This document shows, one piece after another, positions 9,291-17,736 of a stretch of 32,937 nt of DNA (the stretch's first letter is position 1; each line of letters begins with the position of its first letter). The translations under genes were made by a program, and so were the position numbers. Origin of the DNA: Methanomassiliicoccales archaeon (GTDB taxonomy: Archaea; Thermoplasmatota; Thermoplasmata; SG8-5); assembly GCA_030636255.1 (NCBI GenBank), contig DAOVXH010000002.1, positions 1 to 32,937 of the forward strand. The letters are read 5' to 3'. The notes under the pieces are model-generated. The model had not been told where the DNA came from and did not search any database. It was given only the letters and a program-made list of their open reading frames with translations.

Positions 9291-12200
9291 CTACCAATCA
9301 ACAACCCAGTCAACATTAGCATTTACATGAACCCAGTAGGCATTTCCAGCAGCCATTGTGACTGAGCTGAGGTCAGTTTCATCCCTAATTAAAGATGGCT
9401 GAGTCTTATTAAATACCGAAATAATATCAACTGAACCAGGCAGCGTGGTACTCGCCAGTCTATCTGTTCCAGAAGGATAACCTACAAGATTCCATCCAAT
9501 TTTCAGATTTATTGTAGTAGATGGCTCTGAAGCACCGTAAACATACAGGGTAACATCTAAATTAGTTACATTTATCCAGAATCCCATATTGCTGTCTAGG
9601 CCGAAAGCGTCATTGAGTGAGGGTGACCTGTCCAATCCATAGGTTAGCCAGGGATTCATAAGTGTGTCATTATATGTGGCTACTCTGTCCCATTTTCCAT
9701 CAATTGAAGATAATACTGAGGTAATTGAGGTGTCTACCTGCTTCCAAGGCACAGAAACCATATTCCATCCTTGTTCCAGAGAAATAGCATATGATGGCAG
9801 GGGTGCAGAAATCCAACTATTTTCTGTTGTGAATGGCCAGTTGTCCTGATTGTTGCTTACAACACCACCAGAAGATGGAGAATCGTAGTAAAGTTCTACA
9901 AACTCACAGCCTGTGACTGAAGGCTCGGCATACTCGGATATAACCAATCCAGCAGTTTCATCCCCATTAATCCCTGAACCTGGGGTGGCGGTGATGTCAG
10001 CATCCGCACTGATCACCCAGCTAGTGGCGAGTGACCCGTCATGATTTGCACTAATCCGTTGGCAAGTACCGGATGTGAAAGGCTGGCCTGTCTGGCCATC
10101 AAGCAGGGTATTTGTGTCGTCATAGAGCTCATAGGTTTCATCTCCATTGAGAGCGGGGGCCGTCCCCTTGGAGCTGATTGGATCGGCGTTGTCAAGGTAG
10201 AGCACGTTGGAACCCAGAGTTATGCCAAAGTGAGTTTCAAAAGTGCTTTTAGTGGAGTCCCTAGCAATTATCAAATAACCGCCTGGTTCTATGCTCATGG
10301 CAGGGGGGATTGTAGTGGTCTTGGTCGAGTCATACTGCTCAATGCGATATCCTTCCAGGTCAAGTGGAACACCGCCTCCACCACCAGTTGGTATTATGAA
10401 CGGGTCATCGACGAATCCATCAATGTTTGCATCAGGAGTTGTCCAGTTGTCGAAGAAATTGCCTCCCACGGGATATCCCATGTCCCAAGTGTTGAGGCCG
10501 GCATCCTTGGTGTGGTTCGTATTGGTAAGGAAATTATTGTGGAAAATCGTATTCCAGGAGCCCTGAACGTTCATGCCCAACTCGGTTGTGAAAATTGTAT
10601 TGTTCTCAAGGGTATTATTGTCACACCCAGATGTCAGAAATATGCCATTGTAAACTCCAGTGATATTATTGTCTTCGATATTGCAGAGATCAACATTGTT
10701 CAGCTTGATGCCGCAATCGGTTGCCAGTGCTCCGCCATTGACTATCTCGAAGCCGCTGAGCTCGACGCCATTTGCAAGTATCTCGACTACAGTTCCGGAG
10801 CCGCCACCATCGATTATTACATTTCCTGCTGTTGCAGTAATTGTCACTGGCACATCAATAACAACGTTCTCGAAGTATGTGCCATCATCAACCATTATCC
10901 TGTCTCCAGAGGTGGCATTGTCGATTGCCCACTGTATCATGTGATGGTCTGTGCCCTGGTCTATATTATGTACTGGTCCAGGAGGAGCGTTCCAGCCTTC
11001 TTGAGAGGCAAAGGGTAAGTAATCCCTATTAGTGCCCCCTCCGCCGCCTGTGACCGGGGGATTACCTGAGCCCCATATGGAATCCACATACTCGGGATGA
11101 TCGATAAACGGATTTCTATTGTTTTGATTTGAATAGACAATTTCATTTCTGTGCCTGTCAATATCGTCAACTGGGTCATTAATATGCCACTCTAAGAGAG
11201 TTGAAAGTTTTCCGAATATTGACCCGGAAGTTGGTACATAATCAACAAGTTCTAGATCTAATCCCACATTATCCCATGAATCGCCGTCATACCTTGTAGC
11301 CATGTAAAACATCATTCTTGCAATATCCCCTTTAACCGCATCTCTGGGTTCCCATGAATCTGAATCAGAATAGCATTCGGTTGCTTCGGAATTTTGAACG
11401 CCTCCGTTGTCAAAGTCTAGATTACCTCTATCAGAGTTCACAGAAACATCAGACGGTCGCAAATGGTGGGCATCTGTACCCGCTGGAGGTGTCTCACTAA
11501 AATCACCGTGGGATTTTGCCCATACATGTTCTCTGTTCCAATCTGGATATACAGAAGTTTTTGGTATTGACCGTCCCGTATAAAGCAAAATAAAATTATC
11601 AGAATTGTTCGGATCTTCATCAGATTCTGGTAAAATTGTCCATAAATTGTCATAACTTTTTTCCGTATGATTCCTAATTATAATATGAAGGGCATCTTTC
11701 AAATCGTCCCCGACCTTTCCAGCCGCTGCATCATAGTATCCAGCTGGTATATCTCCGCTCTCTCCACCACCTGGAACAGAATATATATTGTCAACAAATC
11801 CATCAAAGTTATTGTCAGGGTTTGTCCAGTCAGACCAGTAATTGCCTCCGGTTGGGGAGGTGAGGTTCCAGACATTTGAACCATCATCATAGGCCTGGAC
11901 CGTGTTTATCAGAAAATTATTGTGATAAATCGTGTTATTGTGGGTCCCATTATCAGATTTCAGACCATATCCGTTCATTGTTATGTCATTCAGTGTGAAC
12001 TGGCACCAGTTGGAGTTGTTGAGGTAAATGCCATTTCCGACATTGCCATTCATTGTGTTATTGGTCACATTGCCATTGACCACATTGAAAAGCGTGACAC
12101 CAGTGTTTGTGAAGTACGGACTGCCAGAGCCCCCGCTGGCATTGGAAAAGCTGCAATGAATTATTCTGAAGTGGTCTGTGGTATTTCCGATATAAATTGC

Positions 12201-12443
12201 ATACCCAAAGCCTGCTGCTTCAATCTCAAGGTTCTCTATCACCCAGGGGGTGCCTGGGTTGCCGTCACCTGAGGAGGCATAGGCTGCGAATTGGATATTT
12301 GAATTAATTCTTATGGGGGAACTGGGAGCCAAGGGTTCTGCAGACTGGCTCTTTTCACCCGCAGTCTCTCCTGGATTGAAAGAGATAAACGCACCACTGA
12401 ATGCAATCAATACGCTGAGCCAGACAACAAAGAATCGCCTCAT
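9291..12443 (-). CDS. Secreted multidomain nuclease: NosD-like beta-helix, endonuclease I (Bsn-like), second beta-helix, lamin-tail domain, C-terminal 'GWN' repeat domain
   Basis: Signal peptide from MRRFF (ATG 12443, GAGGAG RBS); endonuclease I motifs WNREHVW, TDAHHLRP, KGDIARMMFYM and NRNPFIDHPE; parallel beta-helix 'N.I..N..GI.L' repeats; LEQGWNMVS and LKIGWNLVG repeats. Confidence 0.85.
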   Translation of the reverse strand: MRRFFVVWLSVLIAFSGAFISFNPGETAGEKSQSAEPLAPSSPIRINSNIQFAAYASSGDGNPGTPWVIENLEIEAAGFGYAIYIGNTTDHFRIIHCSFSNASGGSGSPYFTNTGVTLFNVVNGNVTNNTMNGNVGNGIYLNNSNWCQFTLNDITMNGYGLKSDNGTHNNTIYHNNFLINTVQAYDDGSNVWNLTSPTGGNYWSDWTNPDNNFDGFVDNIYSVPGGGESGDIPAGYYDAAAGKVGDDLKDALHIIIRNHTEKSYDNLWTILPESDEDPNNSDNFILLYTGRSIPKTSVYPDWNREHVWAKSHGDFSETPPAGTDAHHLRPSDVSVNSDRGNLDFDNGGVQNSEATECYSDSDSWEPRDAVKGDIARMMFYMATRYDGDSWDNVGLDLELVDYVPTSGSIFGKLSTLLEWHINDPVDDIDRHRNEIVYSNQNNRNPFIDHPEYVDSIWGSGNPPVTGGGGGTNRDYLPFASQEGWNAPPGPVHNIDQGTDHHMIQWAIDNATSGDRIMVDDGTYFENVVIDVPVTITATAGNVIIDGGGSGTVVEILANGVELSGFEIVNGGALATDCGIKLNNVDLCNIEDNNITGVYNGIFLTSGCDNNTLENNTIFTTELGMNVQGSWNTIFHNNFLTNTNHTKDAGLNTWDMGYPVGGNFFDNWTTPDANIDGFVDDPFIIPTGGGGGVPLDLEGYRIEQYDSTKTTTIPPAMSIEPGGYLIIARDSTKSTFETHFGITLGSNVLYLDNADPISSKGTAPALNGDETYELYDDTNTLLDGQTGQPFTSGTCQRISANHDGSLATSWVISADADITATPGSGINGDETAGLVISEYAEPSVTGCEFVELYYDSPSSGGVVSNNQDNWPFTTENSWISAPLPSYAISLEQGWNMVSVPWKQVDTSITSVLSSIDGKWDRVATYNDTLMNPWLTYGLDRSPSLNDAFGLDSNMGFWINVTNLDVTLYVYGASEPSTTINLKIGWNLVGYPSGTDRLASTTLPGSVDIISVFNKTQPSLIRDETDLSSVTMAAGNAYWVHVNANVDWVVDW

Positions 12444-12536
12444 ATATCTCCTCTCGGGATAGGGATAAATATGCAACCCATCTCCAATTATAGTAATGTA
12501 GCTAAAGGCATTTAGAGTTTATGCCTATACAATATA

Positions 12537-13643
12537 TTAGATTGATATGAGATCATACTTCCTGCTACCCAGCCCAATCTTCTCACCATACTCTAGTTGA
12601 TAGGTCCAGTCAAGGTCATTAGCTGCCCGGATATTGTCCAGGCCCTTTTTCACGCCTTCAACAATTCTGGAATTTGGATTTACCTTTTCCTGGTTCACCA
12701 TGTCTGCGCATGCCTGGTCCAGTGCAATAGGGTCCTTTGAAGCCAGTATTCCTATGTCCGGCACAATTGGAGCGTCACTCCATCCAACACAATCGCAGTG
12801 AGGGGTAACATTCATGACAAAACTCATGTACCCAACCTTTCCTTCCTTGCCCTTGATTGCGCCCATGCAATATTCCACCATCTTTTCCTGAAGTGACTGA
12901 GCAGAGGAGTCCCATTGTATTTTTATGGCCTTTGGAACGCATGTAATTAGGCATTCTCCGCATCCGTAGCATGTTTCCGGGTCAATGTATGCCTTACCGT
13001 CGGTGATGGTTATTGCCTCCTTAGGACACCATTTTGCGCATTTGCCACAGCCGATACAAATCTCCGGGTCAACCTTTGGATTCAAATCTGAATGCATCTG
13101 CTGTTTACCTGCCCTTGTACCAAAGCCCATTCCCAGGTTCTTGATTGCACCGCCTATTCCGCCTACCATATGGCATTTGAAATGTGATACCACCATGAGA
13201 GAATTTGCATTGACACAGGCAGAGGCCAGTGTAACTTTTTTAAAGTGATTTAAATTCACTTCCACTTCCACAGAATCCCTTCCAATCAGGCCGTCGGCAA
13301 TTATCACAGGAGCTCCGATGACACCGGGCAACCAACCGTGCTGGGTCGCAGTATTCAGATGGTCAACGGCATTTGATCGGGAGCCAAAATAAAGTGTGTT
13401 CGCATCAGTGACGAATGGATTGCCGCCTGCCTTTTTCACAGAATCCACAACTTGTTTTACATAAACGGGACTCAAAAAGGTAGTGTTTCCAGACTCCCCA
13501 AAATGGACCTTGATTGCTGTGAGGTCATTCTCAGAAATGCATTCATCAAAGCCTGCTTTCTCAAAAAGTCGATTGACCATATTCACGAGACTTTCTGAAC
13601 TCTTCTTGGCCCTGAACGGTGCAAAATAAACCTTGGATGTCAT
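12537..13643 (-). CDS. DUF362-domain iron-sulfur protein with two 4Fe-4S ferredoxin motifs
   Basis: AIKVHFGE, DANTLY.GSR, SHFKCH...GGAIKNLGMG, CIGCGKCAKWCP and CYGCGECLITC. Start probably MTSKV at 13643. Confidence 0.88.
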   Translation of the reverse strand: MTSKVYFAPFRAKKSSESLVNMVNRLFEKAGFDECISENDLTAIKVHFGESGNTTFLSPVYVKQVVDSVKKAGGNPFVTDANTLYFGSRSNAVDHLNTATQHGWLPGVIGAPVIIADGLIGRDSVEVEVNLNHFKKVTLASACVNANSLMVVSHFKCHMVGGIGGAIKNLGMGFGTRAGKQQMHSDLNPKVDPEICIGCGKCAKWCPKEAITITDGKAYIDPETCYGCGECLITCVPKAIKIQWDSSAQSLQEKMVEYCMGAIKGKEGKVGYMSFVMNVTPHCDCVGWSDAPIVPDIGILASKDPIALDQACADMVNQEKVNPNSRIVEGVKKGLDNIRAANDLDWTYQLEYGEKIGLGSRKYDLISI

Positions 13644-13728
13644 TGTATGGTAATCCTGAATGTGATATTTATTTCTGTTGTAATTCAAAGATAACAATAT
13701 CTAAATATCGTTAGTTATTGCAGGTTGT

Positions 13729-15054
13729 ATGGCACCTAGCAAGGAGAGGATTCTTGAACTGGCTACTGAGAACAAGATAGAATATATACGCCTCCAGCTA
13801 ATTGATATAATGGGCACTCCAAAGAATATTGTTATACCCACCAGAAGGCTCGAAGAGGTGCTGCATGATGGAATAGCATTTGACGGCTCATCAATTGTCG
13901 GCTATGCAACCATTCGGGAATCAGATAAGATTGCAAAGCCAATTCCAAGAACATTTGCTTTACTGCCAGATACTCTGGAGAAGAGAAAAACAGCCAAGAT
14001 AAATTGTGAGATTTACAGATCAGATGGAGAGCGGTTCCCTGGTGACCCCAAATATGTTCTGGAAAAAATGCTGGACAAGGCCGAAAAAATGGGCTTCCAA
14101 TTCAACACTGGCCCTGAATGCGAATTCTTCCTGTTCAAGAGAGAGGATGGCAAACCAACCACAATTCCAAATGATAGAGGAGGATATTTTGACTTATCGC
14201 CCCTGGACCTGGCCGAGGACGTGCGTGGAGATATTTGCGCTACATTGGACCAGATGGGATTTGAAATTTACACATCACATCACGAAGTTGCATACGGCCA
14301 GCATGAGATAAATTTCCATTATGCTGATGCATTGACCACTGCAGACCGAGTTGTTACCCTCAAATATGTGGCAAAAATAATTGCACTGAAGTATGACCTT
14401 CACGCAACTTTCATGCCAAAACCGATATACGGGGTAAATGGAACTGGAATGCACACCCACATGTCCCTGATGAACAATGGTCAGAACGCTTTCCACAATG
14501 AGAATGGGCCAGAAGGGCTCAGTGAAACAGCGACGCAGTACATTGCTGGGCTTTTGAAATACTCCAAGGAGATGGCTGCCATACTAAATTCCAAGGTCAA
14601 TTCATACAAGAGATTAGTGCCTGGCTATGAGGCCCCTACCTATATTGCCTGGTCAACAGAGAATCGTTCAGCACTTATCAGGATACCTGCAGCCAGGGGA
14701 AAGGCAACCCGGGTCGAGCTGAGAAACCCAGACCCTGCTGGAAATCCATATTTGCAGTTCGCAGTCATGCTGGCTGCCGGCCTGAAAGGAATCGAGGACA
14801 AGCTTGAAGCTCCTGAAGCCGTGCACAAGGACATTTATGGGCTGAACCAGAGAGAAAGGGAGCAACTGAAAATTGATACGCTTCCATCAAACCTGGGCCA
14901 TGCAATCTCATATATGAAAAAAAGCGAGTTCATGCTTGAGACACTGGGCCCCCACATATTTGAGAATCTGATTTACCTTCAATCAAGGGAGTGGGACGAT
15001 TATCGTACCCAGGTCACCCAGTGGGAGATTGACAAGTATTTGTGGAAGATATGA
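13729..15054 (+). CDS. glnA: Glutamine synthetase type I (GSI-alpha-like)
   Basis: FDGSS, GPECEFF, HHEVAYGQHE, FMPKPIYGVNGTGMHTH, RLVPGYEAP and RVELRNPDP. Confidence 0.95.
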   Translation: MAPSKERILELATENKIEYIRLQLIDIMGTPKNIVIPTRRLEEVLHDGIAFDGSSIVGYATIRESDKIAKPIPRTFALLPDTLEKRKTAKINCEIYRSDGERFPGDPKYVLEKMLDKAEKMGFQFNTGPECEFFLFKREDGKPTTIPNDRGGYFDLSPLDLAEDVRGDICATLDQMGFEIYTSHHEVAYGQHEINFHYADALTTADRVVTLKYVAKIIALKYDLHATFMPKPIYGVNGTGMHTHMSLMNNGQNAFHNENGPEGLSETATQYIAGLLKYSKEMAAILNSKVNSYKRLVPGYEAPTYIAWSTENRSALIRIPAARGKATRVELRNPDPAGNPYLQFAVMLAAGLKGIEDKLEAPEAVHKDIYGLNQREREQLKIDTLPSNLGHAISYMKKSEFMLETLGPHIFENLIYLQSREWDDYRTQVTQWEIDKYLWKI

Positions 15055-15134
15055 GATTATCAAACATTATAGATAGTTTTATAAATATCCTCAATATTAT
15101 CCAGTTTTCCTGATAGAATGAAAGGGGGGACTTA

Positions 15135-16496
15135 ATGTCAATCTCTGATGTAAAACAATTAATCAAGGAAAAAGAAATACGCTGGGTAGTAGTTAATTTT
15201 ATTGATATTTTCGGACATCACAGAAATATTTCTTTGCCTGCCGAGTCATTCTTATCTGGACATGCCTGGGACGGCGTAGATATTGACGGTTCCTCTGTTG
15301 GATTTGCTTCTGTGGAGAAAAGTGATATGATCCTTATTCCAGATGCAGAATCCTACTGGCTCGACCCTTTTTCAGAATCAACAGTAAAACTTCATGCCTG
15401 CATTCAAAATCATTCCGGCGAAAAAGTCGGTCCCCGGAGTGCCCTGAAAAAGATTGTCCAGGAATATGAGAAGCTGGGCCTTACACCGTATCTTTCGCCG
15501 GAAATGGAGTTCTATGTCTTCGAGAACATGGAACAGGCCATAATGGAGAATGATTTCATGGGCGCGGACATGGACTGGGGCGGAAAGAACATAATGCACA
15601 CCTTTCTGGACCATTACAGTAAATCCAGGTATCCAGTCAAGGCAAAACAGGCATATTTGTCAGCAGATGTCCATGAATCACTGAGAGATTTCAGAGACAA
15701 GCTTTCTGAAATTCTGCAAGAAGCTGGCTATCCTATCAGATATCATCATCATGAGGTTGGCAGGCGTCAGTTGGAGATTGAAACCGGTTACTTCCCGGCA
15801 ATGAAGGCTGCTGACTATATTATCAATTTCAAATACATGGCAAAGGGACTGGGTAAAGAATGGGGGCTGCTTCCGACCTTCATGCCAAAACCCTCTGCCC
15901 ATGATGCTGGCAATGGCATGCACTTCCACATTATGCTAAAAGAGGGGGAGAAAAACGCATTCTCTGATGCAAATGGAGAGCTCAATGAAACAGCAAAACA
16001 AGTTATTGCTGGACTCATGGAACATGCACCGGCACTATGCACTTTCACAAATCCCACAATTAATTCATATCGCAGATTGATTCCTGGTTTCGAGGCACCG
16101 GTGGCAATTGCCTGGAGCAGGAGCAACCGTACCGCATTAATTCGTGTGCCAGGCAGCGCCAAGGGCGATAATAACAATATTGAGATAAGAAACCCGGACA
16201 CCAGCGCCAACCCATATTTTGCAGCAACTGCGATTCTGGCAGCTGGCCTTGATGGTATCCGCAGGAAACTGGAAGCCCCGCCAGAGGCTGTTGGGAATCT
16301 ATACGAGTGCAAGGAATCTCCAATGCTTCCTACAATTCTGGACCATGCCCTGGAGGCCACTTCAAAGGACAGCGTTATACTGGATGCCATTGGAAAGGAC
16401 CTCTGGAATACCTACATGGCCGCAAAGAAGAAAGAAATATGCCAGTATAGAAAACAAATACCTATTTTCGATTTTAATCAATACTTTGGAGTTTAA
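15135..16496 (+). CDS. glnA: Second glutamine synthetase family protein (divergent GSI with a beta-type-like insertion)
   Basis: IDGSS, SPEMEFY, HHHEV, FMPKP...GNGMHFH, RLIPGFEAP, NRTALIRVP and IEIRNPD. Confidence 0.85.
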   Translation: MSISDVKQLIKEKEIRWVVVNFIDIFGHHRNISLPAESFLSGHAWDGVDIDGSSVGFASVEKSDMILIPDAESYWLDPFSESTVKLHACIQNHSGEKVGPRSALKKIVQEYEKLGLTPYLSPEMEFYVFENMEQAIMENDFMGADMDWGGKNIMHTFLDHYSKSRYPVKAKQAYLSADVHESLRDFRDKLSEILQEAGYPIRYHHHEVGRRQLEIETGYFPAMKAADYIINFKYMAKGLGKEWGLLPTFMPKPSAHDAGNGMHFHIMLKEGEKNAFSDANGELNETAKQVIAGLMEHAPALCTFTNPTINSYRRLIPGFEAPVAIAWSRSNRTALIRVPGSAKGDNNNIEIRNPDTSANPYFAATAILAAGLDGIRRKLEAPPEAVGNLYECKESPMLPTILDHALEATSKDSVILDAIGKDLWNTYMAAKKKEICQYRKQIPIFDFNQYFGV

Positions 16497-17254
16497 TCCA
16501 AATGAGTGCAATCGCCTACGTTCACAGTTTTTGTAGATTTATCATTCATCTCGATGATCAATGAGCCATTCTCATCAATGTCCTTGGCCAGGCCTTCAAA
16601 CATCTCTTTTGGACCGGCAATAATAACTCTCTGGCCTAATGTACCTGAGAGTTCCCGCCATTCATCAAGAAGCTCGTCATATTTTCCGGCAGCCAGCATA
16701 TCAATTCTATGTTTGATTTCCTGGAGAATTGTCTCTTCCAGGTTCTCAAGCTTATTCTTCTTGCCAGTTTCCTCCAGTACAGATGTTGAGACCTGGCTGA
16801 ACTCATAGCCTTCTTGAACCTTATTGTTCACATTGATTCCGATACCAATAATAGCCAGCTGCTTTCCGTCTGTATTGAGTAACTCACCAAGAATTCCACA
16901 TGCCTTTTTACCATTTATGAGAACATCATTGGGCCATTTCACACAGGCTTCAATATTATATTCATGCATTATGGCAGTTGCAACAGCACAGCCAGACATC
17001 AATGGAATAAGTCCGAACTTATTATTGTCAAAATTTTCTTCGGTTTCAAGAAGAATAGACATCCAGAGTCCGCCCTCAGGTGATTCCCAGGTTCTAGTCA
17101 TTCTTCCTTTACCTTTTGTCTGGATCTTGGAAACAACTATGGTTCCATGGCCTGCGCCTTCCTGGGCAAGTTCTCTCAATGCCTGGTTTGTGGAACCAAT
17201 TGTCTCATATCGAAATATCTTGCGGCCGAACATGAACTTGGGAATGAAATTCAC
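16493..17254 (-). CDS. birA: Biotin--[acetyl-CoA-carboxylase] ligase, monofunctional (no HTH)
   Basis: STN, QTKGKGRM.R.WESP.GGL, VKWPNDV...KK.CGIL and GIGINV. Confidence 0.95.
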   Translation of the reverse strand: MNFIPKFMFGRKIFRYETIGSTNQALRELAQEGAGHGTIVVSKIQTKGKGRMTRTWESPEGGLWMSILLETEENFDNNKFGLIPLMSGCAVATAIMHEYNIEACVKWPNDVLINGKKACGILGELLNTDGKQLAIIGIGINVNNKVQEGYEFSQVSTSVLEETGKKNKLENLEETILQEIKHRIDMLAAGKYDELLDEWRELSGTLGQRVIIAGPKEMFEGLAKDIDENGSLIIEMNDKSTKTVNVGDCTHLD

Positions 17255-17323
17255 CTATTTATTTCAGACTATTAGGTATCAGGAAATTATTCTGCTTGGA
17301 CTCCTAATAAACTGCAGAAATGT

Positions 17324-17677
17324 CTAAATTTTTACTGCCATAGCCATGCAGCCGGGTGGGGCAGATATGGTGACATACGATGCTTTTTTAGATGTCCTAT
17401 TTGCCACACTGTGTGGTACTGAACAATCATGAAAAAGCCAGCCTCCAGCTCCCAAAATCGTCTTGGAATCACCTATCTTGAACTCAATTGTCCCTTCCAA
17501 TACATATTTGAATTCCTCGCCTTCATGAATATGGGCCTTCCCCAGTGTCTTGCCAGGTTCTATTTCAATACGAACTGCTTCCAGGCCATCGCCCCTTGCA
17601 AGAAGCTCCACTATATTTCCTTTCACTAATTTACGTTCTTTATACTCGCCATGCTTACCGCTACTAAGATTACTCAT
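17324..17677 (-). CDS. Stand-alone cupin (Cupin_2) protein
   Basis: HIHEGEEFKYVLEG...L.AG...F.....PH cupin motifs; no N-terminal HTH. Confidence 0.85.
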   Translation of the reverse strand: MSNLSSGKHGEYKERKLVKGNIVELLARGDGLEAVRIEIEPGKTLGKAHIHEGEEFKYVLEGTIEFKIGDSKTILGAGGWLFHDCSVPHSVANRTSKKASYVTISAPPGCMAMAVKI

Positions 17678-17736
17678 TTTATCCCCTAGGGAATAATAGG
17701 TCGCTGGTTGTATATTAGGATTTCGCTAGGCAAGAA

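Noticed and set aside
9064-9322. Short ORFs of 77 and 84 aa on the minus strand
   Set aside because: They overlap the tRNA and the structured region, and have no protein-like composition or RBS.
10041-11018. 325-aa ORF on the + strand
   Set aside because: Antisense shadow of the GC-richer part of the nuclease gene, with no recognisable motifs.
9008-12443. Integrated element at tRNA-Arg
   Set aside because: No integrase and no duplicated tRNA fragment (att site) seen; the candidate cargo lies on the 5' side of the tRNA.
16493-16496. Shared TTAA stop codons of the convergent glnA2 and birA genes
   Set aside because: Real, but common in compact AT-rich genomes and not evidence of a system.
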